This document shows, in pieces, positions 25,815 to 35,545 of a DNA stretch of 41,582 nt (its first letter is position 1; every line of letters begins with the position of its first letter). The position numbers and the translations under genes are program-made. Origin of the DNA: Armatimonadia bacterium (lineage in GTDB: Bacteria; Armatimonadota; Zipacnadia; Zipacnadales; UBA11051); the NCBI GenBank assembly GCA_039683575.1, contig JBDKRC010000248.1, forward strand, positions 1 to 41,582, read 5' to 3'. The notes under the pieces were generated by a model, which made no database searches, was not told where the DNA came from, and saw only the letters and a list, made by a program, of their open reading frames with translations.

Positions 25815-28391
25815 ATGTATCAATCAGGCCATAGGAATGCTCCGACTGCCGTCGCTGTGGCGATCGACACCCATTCTCTCAACCGGAGCCTCCACACCAG
25901 CAGCGTGCTGTGGATGCTTCTCTTGCTGCTCGCTGCCTCTTTCTTCGCTTTCGCTCTTCCGGCGCACAGCGCCACGTATTATGTAGCCACCAATGGCAGT
26001 GACGATGCCGCCGGTACCAGCAGCACCCCCTGGCGCAACATCAACCACGCCGTCCCCCTGCTCCAGTCCGGAGATGTTCTCATCATCCGTGACGGCACCT
26101 ACAACGAATATGTAGACCTCGACCTACTGGCCAAGGCCTCTCCCGCCATCACCATTCAGGCTGAGAATCCCCGCAAGGCGATCATCAACTCCGGCAACGA
26201 CAACTCCATTGGTATCGGAGCCTGGCAGCCCGTGCAGGGCGTGCGCCTCGTCGGCCTCAAGGTCATCAGCGGCAAGATGGGTATCTGTTTCTACCGCGGC
26301 GGCGATGGCATGGACGTCATCAACTGCGAAGTGTCCGGCGGTATCGAGGGCATTCGCATCCCCGACGGCAGCAACCTCAAAATTCAGGACTGCTACGTGC
26401 ATGACAACAACCAGGGCGTGCTCCTGGGCGTCAAGGACAGCTCCGGCGTCTCCAACATTCTCATCGAGCGCGTGGTATCCGCCAACAATGCCTACGCAGG
26501 CCAGACCGGCAATACCGACGGTTTCGCCGTTGAGGGCATGTGCACGAACCTCGTCATCCGCGACTGCGTCTCCTACGGCGCTGGCGACAGCGGCTTTGAC
26601 CTGAAGCCGAGTGACGTGCTGATCGAGCGCGTGCTTTCCTACAATAATGCCGGCATGGGCATCAAGCTCTGGGGCAATAACGTCAAGGTCGTAAATGCCA
26701 TAGTCTATGGCAACAAGATTGACGGCATCGCCACGGCGGGCACTGGCCTGCAGTTCTACAACTGCACCATCGCCAACAATGCCTCCAACGGCATCCGCCT
26801 GGAGACCACCAGCCCCAGCACTGTTACGCTTCGCAACAATATCATCTACAACAACCCCGTCCAAACATACGGCTCGACGCTGTGGAACGACGACTACAAC
26901 CACTACTACTCGACCTCCGGCGACTACGTCATTCGCACCGCCGGCGCAACCTATACCCATTCGCAGGTCGCTTCTCACACCGCGCCTGTCGGCAGCCATT
27001 CCAGCGGTGGCGATCCCGTATTCGTGGGCCCGTCGAGTGCCAACTTCCGGCTGTCATCGACCAGTCCGTGCATCGGCACCGGCGTTGCTTCGAGCCTCGC
27101 GACCGTGGACTACTACGGCACCACGCGCAACAACCCGCCCGATAAGGGCGCCATCGCTGCCTCCGGTACCACGGCCGTAATCCCGACTGCACCGACCGGC
27201 GTCAGCATCACGCCCAGTGGCTCGACTGGCGTGGACACCGATCTCACCGCCCTCGCCACCGGCAGCACCGCCAGCAACGGCTCCACCGCTACCTACCAGT
27301 ACCAGTGGGCCAAGAGCACCGATGGCGGCACTACCTGGGGCGCCTGGGGCAACACCGGCGCCACCCTCGCCAAGAGCAATCTTGCCGACGGCCAGGTCTG
27401 GAAGGCTCACGCCCGCGCAACTGTTGACAATGCCAACTACAGCGCCTGGACTGAGAGCGCCACTGTCACCATCACCACGGGCACCGCGAGCGCTGTAGCC
27501 GCGCCGAGCCAGGTCGCGATTACGCCCGGCAGCCCCACTGACAACGACAACCTCAGCGCTTCAGCCAACGGGGGCGGCGTGACGGGCAAGAGCCCGAGCT
27601 ACACCTTCCAGTGGTCCAAGAGCGCCTCTGGCAGCACCAGCTGGTCAGCGTGGGGTTCGGCCGGTTCGGTCTACACCGCGTCCAACACCGCTGCCGGTGA
27701 CCGCGTCAAGGCCCGGGCCTGTGTTGTGGACGGCACGAGCACCAGCGCGTGGACCGAGAGCGCCGTCGTTACGATCGCCAGTGGTACCACCACCACCACG
27801 CCTGTGCGCCCGACCAGCGTGGTCGTCACGCCCGGCGCACCGACGGACACCCAGAACCTCGTTGCTACCGCTTCACCTGCGGCCCCGGCCGGTATCACGT
27901 ATATCTACCAGTGGCGCAAAATGGACGCGGGCAGCAAGAAGTGGAGTTCCTGGGGCTGGACCGGGCAGACGCTGAGCGCTTCAGTGACCAGTCCCGGCCA
28001 GAAGTGGCAGGCTCGCGTCCGCGCCACCGATGGCACCACACTCACTAGTGGCCGGGCGAGCAACGCCGTGACCATCCAGGCCGCCACGAGCACCACGCAG
28101 GTAGGTCCTGGCGCCCCCACCGTCACAATCTCGCCGACCGCGCCGACTGATGGCTCAACCCTCACCGGCTATGCTACCGCCACCGACGCCAATGGCGACA
28201 CGCTCGAGTACGAGTTCTACTGGGCTCGCAGCACCGATGGCGGCCGGACCTGGGGCGGGTGGAACTACTACGGCAAGACCCTGTCCGCCTCCCAGACCAG
28301 CGTCGGCGATTGCTGGAAGGTCCAGAGCCGCGCCCATGACGGTCAGGTCTGGGGCCCCTTCGCCCAGAGCGCTGCGGTCACCATCAGATAG
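25815..28391 (+). CDS. Secreted right-handed parallel beta-helix protein (pectate-lyase-like) with four C-terminal Ig-like repeats
   Basis: AGGAGG RBS before ATG 25815. Signal peptide ending AHS-ATYYVATNGSD...PW..I..A...GD....RDGTY, beta-helix repeats, GDP.FV...NFRL...SP.IG.G...PD.GA, then four ~100-aa repeats. Confidence 0.85.
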   Translation: MYQSGHRNAPTAVAVAIDTHSLNRSLHTSSVLWMLLLLLAASFFAFALPAHSATYYVATNGSDDAAGTSSTPWRNINHAVPLLQSGDVLIIRDGTYNEYVDLDLLAKASPAITIQAENPRKAIINSGNDNSIGIGAWQPVQGVRLVGLKVISGKMGICFYRGGDGMDVINCEVSGGIEGIRIPDGSNLKIQDCYVHDNNQGVLLGVKDSSGVSNILIERVVSANNAYAGQTGNTDGFAVEGMCTNLVIRDCVSYGAGDSGFDLKPSDVLIERVLSYNNAGMGIKLWGNNVKVVNAIVYGNKIDGIATAGTGLQFYNCTIANNASNGIRLETTSPSTVTLRNNIIYNNPVQTYGSTLWNDDYNHYYSTSGDYVIRTAGATYTHSQVASHTAPVGSHSSGGDPVFVGPSSANFRLSSTSPCIGTGVASSLATVDYYGTTRNNPPDKGAIAASGTTAVIPTAPTGVSITPSGSTGVDTDLTALATGSTASNGSTATYQYQWAKSTDGGTTWGAWGNTGATLAKSNLADGQVWKAHARATVDNANYSAWTESATVTITTGTASAVAAPSQVAITPGSPTDNDNLSASANGGGVTGKSPSYTFQWSKSASGSTSWSAWGSAGSVYTASNTAAGDRVKARACVVDGTSTSAWTESAVVTIASGTTTTTPVRPTSVVVTPGAPTDTQNLVATASPAAPAGITYIYQWRKMDAGSKKWSSWGWTGQTLSASVTSPGQKWQARVRATDGTTLTSGRASNAVTIQAATSTTQVGPGAPTVTISPTAPTDGSTLTGYATATDANGDTLEYEFYWARSTDGGRTWGGWNYYGKTLSASQTSVGDCWKVQSRAHDGQVWGPFAQSAAVTIR
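27180..28388 (+). repeat. Four intragenic ~100-aa Ig/FnIII-like repeats
   Basis: Each unit reads P..V.I/V(T/S)P...T....L...A...Y.(Y/F).W.(K/R)....W..W...G......G..(W)K...(R)A.(V)DG.......VTI. Approximate starts 27180, 27500, 27800 and 28105. Confidence 0.8.
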
Positions 28392-28428
28392 CCTGACGCT
28401 CTTCCTCTCGCAACACTACCTCGCAGCA

Positions 28429-28473
28429 ACAAAGCGAACCGGGCCGCCAACTTGGCGGCCCGGTTCGCTTTGT
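28429..28473 (+). terminator. Intrinsic terminator (possibly bidirectional)
   Basis: Perfect 22-bp inverted repeat ACAAAGCGAACCGGGCCGCCAA-C-TTGGCGGCCCGGTTCGCTTTGT, 37 nt after the stop. Confidence 0.8.
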
Positions 28474-28539
28474 GCACCTCACTGAACCCAATACCTCCCG
28501 TTCGCGACTAAGAGCTATGACTTCATCCACAGGGGAGGG

Positions 28540-29523
28540 GTGTCGTTGAGGCTGAAGAGGTTGGTCCAGAAGGCGGCCTTTTCCAGCGGATTCACTGCCT
28601 CATGGGGGCACCGCCGGCATTCACGCGTCGGGATCGCCACGCTGGAGATCTTCTACGGGCACCACGTCTTGCCGGATGATGCCCAGGCTCCCGACCTGAA
28701 GTCCTCGCAGCTTCGCGAGCGTCTTGATTACCTCCGTCGCACCCGTGATCTCGTTACCTTCGACGACGGCCTCGCCGCCCTGGAGAGGCCCAAGGACCGC
28801 CTTCGTCTGGCCGCTCTGACGTTTGACGACGGCTACCGGGACAATCTCCACACCCTGCTCCCGATTCTCCGGGATTCCAGCACGCCGGCGCTCATTTACG
28901 TCTCGACTGGACCGATCATGCAAGGCTGCGGCCTGTGGTTCGACCAGGTGCGCACCGCCCTCCGCCTCAGCCGCCTGACTGCGCTTAACCTCCCGTGGCT
29001 AAGCGAGCGCTTCAGCGACAACATCAGCCTTACCTACATGGCCATGGAGAGGCTCCGCCGCTTGGGACCGGCTGAACGACAGACCCGGGTGGAGGAGCTA
29101 CTCAATGCCGTCCCTGCCGAATGCCGTACGCTGCTGCCTCACCAGGAGATGCTGACGGTGCCGGAACTGCAGGAGTTGGCTGCCGATCCGCTTATCACCA
29201 TCGGTGCCCACACCCACAGCCACAGCGTCCTCTCCTCCTGCTCTGAGACCGAGGCACGCACCGATCTTCAGGACAACCTTACCACTCTGCAACTCCTCCT
29301 TGGACAACAGCCCATACACTTCGCTTACCCCAACGGTCAGCCGGCTGATTTCACTGCCCGCGACCAGGCTCTGCTGCGCGAATCTGGTCTTACCACGGCC
29401 ACTACGACTGTCCGTGGGCTCAACCTGCCCGGAGTAGACCCGTTCGCCCTGCCCCGCAGTCCCCTGGGAGAAGGGCCGGTTGACCGCTTTGCCTGGCAGA
29501 TTGAGAGGGGAGCGCTGGAATGA
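28540..29523 (+). CDS. Polysaccharide deacetylase (NodB/CE4)
   Basis: LTFDDGYRDN, IGAHTHSH..L, FAYPNG...DF, T..G.N. GGGGAGG RBS. Confidence 0.9.
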   Translation: MSLRLKRLVQKAAFSSGFTASWGHRRHSRVGIATLEIFYGHHVLPDDAQAPDLKSSQLRERLDYLRRTRDLVTFDDGLAALERPKDRLRLAALTFDDGYRDNLHTLLPILRDSSTPALIYVSTGPIMQGCGLWFDQVRTALRLSRLTALNLPWLSERFSDNISLTYMAMERLRRLGPAERQTRVEELLNAVPAECRTLLPHQEMLTVPELQELAADPLITIGAHTHSHSVLSSCSETEARTDLQDNLTTLQLLLGQQPIHFAYPNGQPADFTARDQALLRESGLTTATTTVRGLNLPGVDPFALPRSPLGEGPVDRFAWQIERGALE

Positions 29524-30770
29524 CTCCCAACGATACCAAACTACGGCTACAGGAGCTCTCGCGCACCATCGCAAAGGCTAGGGCGGAGGGCAGCGACGCT
29601 TCCGACCTTATCGCCCAACACCAGACCCTGCGCCGGCAGCTTACCAACGGCCAGCATCCGCCCAGGAAACACGGGCCCCCGTCTCTCAGACTTGAGGTAC
29701 TTACCAGCCTCGACGGCCTCCCTCCGACCGACTATGAAGACCTCCTCGCGGAGTCGGAGACAGTCTCACCATTCATGACGCTCAACTGGCTCGAGCCCTG
29801 GTACGCCGCCTACGGAGGTGACTACGACCTGCATCTGGTTGTCGTCCGCCAGGGCGACAGGCTCCTGGCTGCTCTCCCCCTGATGATTGGCATGGAGCGG
29901 CGACACGGCTTGCGGCGCCGGGTGGCGCGATTTGTCGGCACGGGCCCGGGCCTGCGCGGCAACTACTTCTCGATGCCGCTGCGCTCGGGCGCGGCAGAAC
30001 AGACCGGCGACCTGCTCAACGAGCACCTCGAGAGCCTGCTCGAGCGTGTCACGCTGGTACTGGAGAACCTCTCGCCTTTCGCTGACGGCCTCACGACCCT
30101 CAGGCTGCTGTGTCGCCAGCCTCACCGCGCCATATCGCTCACTACACAGATAGGCTGTGTTCATGGTTCCCTTCCGGACACTTTCGACAAGTTCATCCAG
30201 AGTGTGCCGACGGCGACGCGCCGCACTTCCCTCCGCCACGGCGACGCCCCGCTCAGGCAGCATGGAGACGTGGAGTACAGAGTTTGTCGGCGTTCAGAAC
30301 AGATCCCCGAATTCCTCGATTCCCTCGGCCGTCTCAGCGTCCAGCGACGCGCCCGTGAGGGGCAGCAGAGCACCTGGGCGGTGAGGCAAAACACCGAGGC
30401 ACGAGAGCAAGTATGTGCACGATTTCTCGCTGACGACCGCCTCCGCCTGGAGTTGCTCACGTACGATAAGAAGCCAATCGCTGCGCTCATCGGCTTTGTT
30501 TACAGCAACATCTACTTCTGCTACAATATGGCCCTAGACCAGGCATTTTCCGACTACCAACCCGGACATTTGCTCCTGGCCTGGCGCATCAGACAATCCA
30601 TCGACGAGGGTCTGACTGGCTTCAACTTCCTCGTCGGTGATGCAGATTATAAGCGGCAATACTTCAGACAGGTGCTCCCGGAGCTTACGGCGACGGTTCT
30701 ACCGTCCCGCGGCGTGCAGCACTGCTTTGAGGGAGCTTGTCAGTTCTTACGTGGCCTGAGGAAGTTGTAG
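29520..30770 (+). CDS. CelD/BcsL-type GNAT with an N-terminal SerRS-arm-like coiled coil
   Basis: SPF.T..WL..W, LPDTFD.F, L.L..L.....PIA, Y.PG.LL....I..SI.EG...F.FL.GD..YK. ATGA overlap with the deacetylase stop. Confidence 0.85.
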   Translation: MTPNDTKLRLQELSRTIAKARAEGSDASDLIAQHQTLRRQLTNGQHPPRKHGPPSLRLEVLTSLDGLPPTDYEDLLAESETVSPFMTLNWLEPWYAAYGGDYDLHLVVVRQGDRLLAALPLMIGMERRHGLRRRVARFVGTGPGLRGNYFSMPLRSGAAEQTGDLLNEHLESLLERVTLVLENLSPFADGLTTLRLLCRQPHRAISLTTQIGCVHGSLPDTFDKFIQSVPTATRRTSLRHGDAPLRQHGDVEYRVCRRSEQIPEFLDSLGRLSVQRRAREGQQSTWAVRQNTEAREQVCARFLADDRLRLELLTYDKKPIAALIGFVYSNIYFCYNMALDQAFSDYQPGHLLLAWRIRQSIDEGLTGFNFLVGDADYKRQYFRQVLPELTATVLPSRGVQHCFEGACQFLRGLRKL

Positions 30771-30883
30771 AGGTTGTTGACCGGTCGTCCCCCGGCCCCT
30801 AGCTGGGGATGCTGAAGAACTACTCCTGCGGCGGCTTGCGTCCCGTCGCTGGTCTCCTACATCGTTGTCTGGAGCGTAATATA

Positions 30884-32644
30884 ATGCTGCGACTGTGCTT
30901 GGCGGTGGCTTTCGCGTGCGCGCTTGCGCCTCTGGCCGCCGCTCCCCCGGACCATCCACCACTCCAAGTCGCTCAAGCTCCCGTTGCTCCGGCAGCGCCG
31001 CCCGCCGCCACTGCCGCTGGCGCCCCAACCGTTCTCTTCGGCCAGCCACTGCAACCCGGCGATACCATTCTCATCACCGTCGCTGGCGAGCCCCTGATCA
31101 CCGGCCCGTACACCGTGCGTGAGGACGGCCGCCTGATGCTGCCCATGATCGGGGATTTCCAGGCCGCCGGCTTCACGCCTACCCAGTTTGCCGACCGCCT
31201 CGCCACCGCTCTTCGCCGCTACGTCAAGAACCCCATTGTCTCCGCAAACGCCACAACCACGATGCCCCGCTCGGTGACCATACTCGGCGACGTCCCCCGC
31301 CCCGGCATCTACGACCAGCGCCAGACACCCACGCTGCTCTCGCTGCTGGCGGTCTGTGGCGGGCCCACCCCCACTACCGACTGGTCACGCTCAAGCTTGA
31401 TCCGCAAGGGTGAGGTCGCACTGCTGGCGGTGCGCGAGGGCAATCTGCCCCAGGACGCGCCACTGCAGGCGGGAGACGTCATCTCCGTAGCCTCCAAGGG
31501 GACACCCACCGTGCAGGTAGTTGGCGCGGTCAAGGTCTCCGGCGAGGTACCCCTCACCAAGGCCGACAGCGCCGCGAAGCTCGCTCTCATCAGCGGTCTC
31601 GCCCCCGATGCCGACCCCTCGGCCGCGTCCATCCTGCGCGGCGACAAGCGGATCCCCAGTGACCTCTCCGCGCTGGTTAGCGGACAGGCTACTCCTCCTG
31701 AGGTGACGCTGCAGCCTGGTGACATCCTCGTGGTGCCCCAGAAGGCGGAATCCAGCATCTACCTCCTCGGTGATGTGAAGACCTCCGGCGTGCAGCCCCT
31801 GACGAAGCCCACCCGCGCCACGGCCGCGCTGGCCGCTGCCGGCGGCCTTCTGGATACCGCCGATGGCGCTCGCGCCTACATCCTGCGCAACGGTGAGCGC
31901 GTGCCGCTCAATCTCGTCGCCCTGCTGCAGTCGGGCTCCACCGCGTCAGACCCTATGCTGCAGCCCGGCGATGTGCTCGTGGTTCCGAAGCAATCCGGCT
32001 CGGTCTACATAATCGGCGAAGTCACCAAGCCCGGCCCGCAGCCTCTCAACGTCGCAGGCTCAGTAATCTCCGCCTGGGCGCTCGCTGGCGGCGCTACCGA
32101 ACTGGGCGACCTTCGCAACGTCCTCCTGCTCCGCGAGAATGAGACCATGCGCCTCGACCTCCAGGGGCTGGACCGCGGCGACACGCGCTGCGACATCAAG
32201 CTTCAGGATGGCGACCGCATTCTCGTGCCCAAGCTGGCGCAGCAGATGTACGTCCTCGGCGAGGTCCACACGCCCGGCATCTACCGCATCCAGGAAGGCG
32301 AAACGCTTCTGAACGTCATCGCCCGCGCCGGCGGCCCCACCGGGGCAGCCGCCATCGGCCGCATCGCCATCGTTCGCCGCCTCGGTCCCGGAGCGATGCC
32401 CACTGCGGAGCAGCGGGCCGCTGCGCGCCGCGCCCGACCGACCGATCCCGCGGACAAGCTCGAGCAGGCCATGCAACTCGGTCTCAACGTCCACTTCATC
32501 AACCTCGCCAGGGTGCAGCCCGGCGAGGCGGTCTACCTCGCTCAGCCCAACGACCTCATCTACATCCCGGCCATCAAAGTGAAGACGATTGACTGGTGGC
32601 AGGTGCTGCTGACGCTCGGAACCGCACTGCTTCTGAACGACTAG
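30884..32644 (+). CDS. wza: Polysaccharide export protein (Poly_export domain plus multiple SLBB repeats; Wza/OPX)
   Basis: LQPGD.I.ITV.GE......V..DG...LP.IG...AAG.T, repeated V.I/LG.V..PG, LQ.GD...VP, and a C-terminal amphipathic helix. Start ATG 30884. Confidence 0.88.
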   Translation: MLRLCLAVAFACALAPLAAAPPDHPPLQVAQAPVAPAAPPAATAAGAPTVLFGQPLQPGDTILITVAGEPLITGPYTVREDGRLMLPMIGDFQAAGFTPTQFADRLATALRRYVKNPIVSANATTTMPRSVTILGDVPRPGIYDQRQTPTLLSLLAVCGGPTPTTDWSRSSLIRKGEVALLAVREGNLPQDAPLQAGDVISVASKGTPTVQVVGAVKVSGEVPLTKADSAAKLALISGLAPDADPSAASILRGDKRIPSDLSALVSGQATPPEVTLQPGDILVVPQKAESSIYLLGDVKTSGVQPLTKPTRATAALAAAGGLLDTADGARAYILRNGERVPLNLVALLQSGSTASDPMLQPGDVLVVPKQSGSVYIIGEVTKPGPQPLNVAGSVISAWALAGGATELGDLRNVLLLRENETMRLDLQGLDRGDTRCDIKLQDGDRILVPKLAQQMYVLGEVHTPGIYRIQEGETLLNVIARAGGPTGAAAIGRIAIVRRLGPGAMPTAEQRAAARRARPTDPADKLEQAMQLGLNVHFINLARVQPGEAVYLAQPNDLIYIPAIKVKTIDWWQVLLTLGTALLLND

Positions 32645-32657
32645 AGGGCGGCCAAAC

Positions 32658-34001
32658 ATGGAACTAATCGAGTACTACCGCATCATTCGGCGCCGTCTCT
32701 GGATGCCCCTGACCCTCGCGGCCTTCGCGCTCATTGCCGTCAGCGTCCTGTTCGTCTTCGGTCCCAAGCGCTGGCGGTCAGAGGGGCAGATGATAGCCCA
32801 GCCGGGCGCCGCGATGCGCGTGCAGTGGACCGGCACGACCGTCGAAGTCGTTGAGGAGGCCGAGGTCTGGGGGACTCTGCAGCAACTCGTGGAGAGTCGC
32901 GCCATAGCCACCGCCGCCGCCCAGGAAGCGGGGCTCATCCCTCCCGGTGGCAACACCGCTGCCTTGCAGGCCCTCGCTTTCGAGCGCGCCAAGCGCGGCG
33001 CCATGTTCATGGTCCGGGGCAATGGCCCCTCGCCCGACGCGTCCACACGCTATGTTGACGCCGCCATGGATAAGCTCGCGGAAATGTGGAACCAGACGCG
33101 CCTCGAACGCGCCCGCGCCATGGCCGCAGACATGCGCCGTCAGCTTGAGATTCAGGAACCGCCCCGCCAGGCGCTACTTAATCAGGTAGACCGGGCCGAG
33201 GCCGGCTCACCTCCCGGCAAGCCCACCGACCTGCTCGCCTGGATGCAAACCCAGATCACCGAGAACCAGGGCGCTCTGTCCGCAGCTCAAGTTGATGTGA
33301 ACGTCGCCCGCGACCGCCTCACCTCGTTGCAGGAACTCGCCCGCCGCGAGCGCAATCTCCCGCCCGAGCAGCGCACCTGGGTCGAGGGCGGCACCGTCAC
33401 TACGCCCTTAGCCGGACTTGAGGCCCGCCTGGCCGATCTGGAAGCCCAGCGCGCCCGGATGCTGCAGGGCCGCACCGAAAGTCATCCTGAGGTCGAGGCC
33501 CTGACGCAGGACATTGCCAGTGTGCGTCGACAACTGCAGGTGGAGCGAGAGCGAGCCGTCGGGGGCCAAAACCGCGTCTCACCCGCCCTCTCCCAGCAGA
33601 TCGTCATGTCCCGAATGGAACTCGCCTCCGCCCTGCGCCGCATCCAGGCGCTGCAAGCCCGTGACAGCGAACTCCGCAACCGCCTTCCGGCTCTGCAAAA
33701 CCGCGCGCGGCTCTACAGCGAATTGCTCGAACGCCTCAAGCCCCTCGACGACCAGCGAGCGAGTATCGTGGCCAACCTCAAGATCCTCGACGCCGAAGCG
33801 CGCCGCCTCCGCGAGAGCCGGGACCTCTCCGTGGTAGACAAGGCCGAGGTCATCTCTACCAACCGCAGCCTCTCCCGCTTTGCTTTGTTGGCAGTCGCAG
33901 GCATCTTCGCCGGCTTCATCATCGGAATCATGGTCGTGTTCCTACTGCACTACCTGGACGTCGGCGGCCAGTCCAAGGATGCCCAACCCGCCCCAGCCTA
34001 A
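32658..34001 (+). CDS. Polysaccharide co-polymerase (Wzc/GumC-like), no fused tyrosine kinase
   Basis: MEL.EY..IIRRR.W N-terminal TM, long coiled coil with TE.HP.V, and C-terminal TM ending YLD. Confidence 0.85.
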   Translation: MELIEYYRIIRRRLWMPLTLAAFALIAVSVLFVFGPKRWRSEGQMIAQPGAAMRVQWTGTTVEVVEEAEVWGTLQQLVESRAIATAAAQEAGLIPPGGNTAALQALAFERAKRGAMFMVRGNGPSPDASTRYVDAAMDKLAEMWNQTRLERARAMAADMRRQLEIQEPPRQALLNQVDRAEAGSPPGKPTDLLAWMQTQITENQGALSAAQVDVNVARDRLTSLQELARRERNLPPEQRTWVEGGTVTTPLAGLEARLADLEAQRARMLQGRTESHPEVEALTQDIASVRRQLQVERERAVGGQNRVSPALSQQIVMSRMELASALRRIQALQARDSELRNRLPALQNRARLYSELLERLKPLDDQRASIVANLKILDAEARRLRESRDLSVVDKAEVISTNRSLSRFALLAVAGIFAGFIIGIMVVFLLHYLDVGGQSKDAQPAPA

Positions 34002-34020
34002 CCCCCATTCCCCCAGAATT

Positions 34021-34050
34021 CAAAAGAGCCGGGCGCCCACCGCCCGGCTC
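34021..34050 (-). terminator. Intrinsic terminator of the minus-strand ROK operon
   Basis: GAGCCGGGCG-5nt-CGCCCGGCTC hairpin, followed on the minus strand by TTTTG. Confidence 0.65.
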
Positions 34051-34125
34051 GCAACTCCCGCGTACATCCCGTTCCCGACGTTCCCGCCCCACCCGTTCCC
34101 GCCGTATCTGTTCCCGCCTCACCCC

Positions 34126-35025
34126 TCACATCATCAGCGCCGCCGCCCCCACCACACCCGCGTCATACCCCAGCGCCGCCGCCACCACCGGCGTCTCCCT
34201 GGCCGCCGGCATTGCTGTAGCCCGGTACGCCTCCCGCGCCGGCCCCAGGAAGGCCTCACCCAACTCCGGTACTCCCCCTCCAAGCACGATGATCTCCGGG
34301 TCGATCAGGTTAGCCGCATTCCCGATAGCCAGCCCCAGCCACCGTGCCGCCCGCGCGACAACCTCCACCGCCACAGGCTCACCAGTCAGGGCGCTCTCCC
34401 CCACTTCCCGCCCTGTGACCTCACCCATTCCCGCCGCGCGCCCTTCCCGCCCAATCGCGGACCCCGAACTCAGCGCCTCCAGGCACCCACACTTGTCACA
34501 GGTGCACACCGGCCCGCCCGGGAGCACCACACTATGCCCGATCTCACCTGCGGTGCTATGCGCGCCGTGGTGTATCTCTCCGTTCAATATGACCGCCCCG
34601 CCGATACCCGTACCGATGTTCACGTACAGCACGTTCCGGTATCCATGCGCCGCCCCAAACTTCGTCTCTCCCAGACCGCCGCAATTCGCATCATTATCAA
34701 CCACCACTGGCAGCCCGAAGCGCTCGGCAAACAGCCGTGCCATCGGCAACCCCGGCTTCCACCCCTCCACATGATGCGACCGCACGATCGTCTGCGTTCC
34801 GAAATCAACCGGCCCGCCAAACCCGATCCCGATGCCCGCCGGGGGCGCCGCGAGAGCCTTCGTCGTCTGCTGCAGATCGCGCACCATCTCAAACAGCAGT
34901 TCCAGCGCCGCCTCGCCGCACTGTGGCGTTCTCTCCCGGGCCACATTCAAAACGCGCCCATCCAGCCGCACCAGAGCCGCCGAAAGCCGCGTTCCACCAA
35001 CATCAAGTCCGATAATCGTATGCAT
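34126..35025 (-). CDS. ROK-family sugar kinase (glucokinase-like)
   Basis: IGLDVGGT, GIGIGFGGPVD, DNDAN...LGE..FGA, GTGIGG, AGEIGH, C.C.KCGCLE..SG, GGGV. Start ATG 35025. Confidence 0.92.
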   Translation of the reverse strand: MHTIIGLDVGGTRLSAALVRLDGRVLNVARERTPQCGEAALELLFEMVRDLQQTTKALAAPPAGIGIGFGGPVDFGTQTIVRSHHVEGWKPGLPMARLFAERFGLPVVVDNDANCGGLGETKFGAAHGYRNVLYVNIGTGIGGAVILNGEIHHGAHSTAGEIGHSVVLPGGPVCTCDKCGCLEALSSGSAIGREGRAAGMGEVTGREVGESALTGEPVAVEVVARAARWLGLAIGNAANLIDPEIIVLGGGVPELGEAFLGPAREAYRATAMPAARETPVVAAALGYDAGVVGAAALMM

Positions 35026-35049
35026 AGTGCCTGTACCCGCTACCACTTG

Positions 35050-35544
35050 TCATTCTGAGCCCGCACGTCCGCGTGCGGCAAACGAAGAATCCCCCTGCGC
35101 CAACAGCCATAGTCCCCCCGCCACCATCACCGCCGAGATACCCACCGGAACCCACACCGGCGCAAACCACGCCTTCGGAATCAAAAACAGCAGATCCATC
35201 GTCGCCAGCGACGCCGGCCACCCAATCAGCACCTTCAGCGCCACATAGTAGAAGATGTCCCACACCCCGAAAGCAAACAGGAACACCGCCAGCCTCTGTA
35301 CGGGCCTCTTCCCCACGAGATACGCGAGGCTGAGCAGCATGATGATCGTGGATGCCTCGCGCCACTGCTCACTCGTGACGATCCACTGCGGCACCCGCGC
35401 GTACACGTTTGCATCCAGCTGTTCCGGCGTCGGCACGATGTTCAGGATGTGCCGAATGTACACCACCACGACCGCCTCAAGGTGCCCCATAGCCACCGCA
35501 AACGCCGTCAGCGCCCCAATCCTCCGCCAATCCACACGCTTCAT
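35050..35544 (-). CDS. Conserved hypothetical membrane protein
   Basis: 164 aa with about 4 TMs. Motifs LEAVVVVYIR, REASTIIML, FGVWDIFYY, GWP.SL...D.LFLIP..W..PVW. Tightly coupled to both neighbours. Confidence 0.75.
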   Translation of the reverse strand: MKRVDWRRIGALTAFAVAMGHLEAVVVVYIRHILNIVPTPEQLDANVYARVPQWIVTSEQWREASTIIMLLSLAYLVGKRPVQRLAVFLFAFGVWDIFYYVALKVLIGWPASLATMDLLFLIPKAWFAPVWVPVGISAVMVAGGLWLLAQGDSSFAARGRAGSE

Positions 35545-35545
35545 C

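Noticed and set aside
34068-34120. Short GTTCCCG repeats as a regulatory array
   Set aside because: There are four irregularly spaced copies in a C-rich gap between convergent genes, with no promoter context. This looks like low-complexity sequence.
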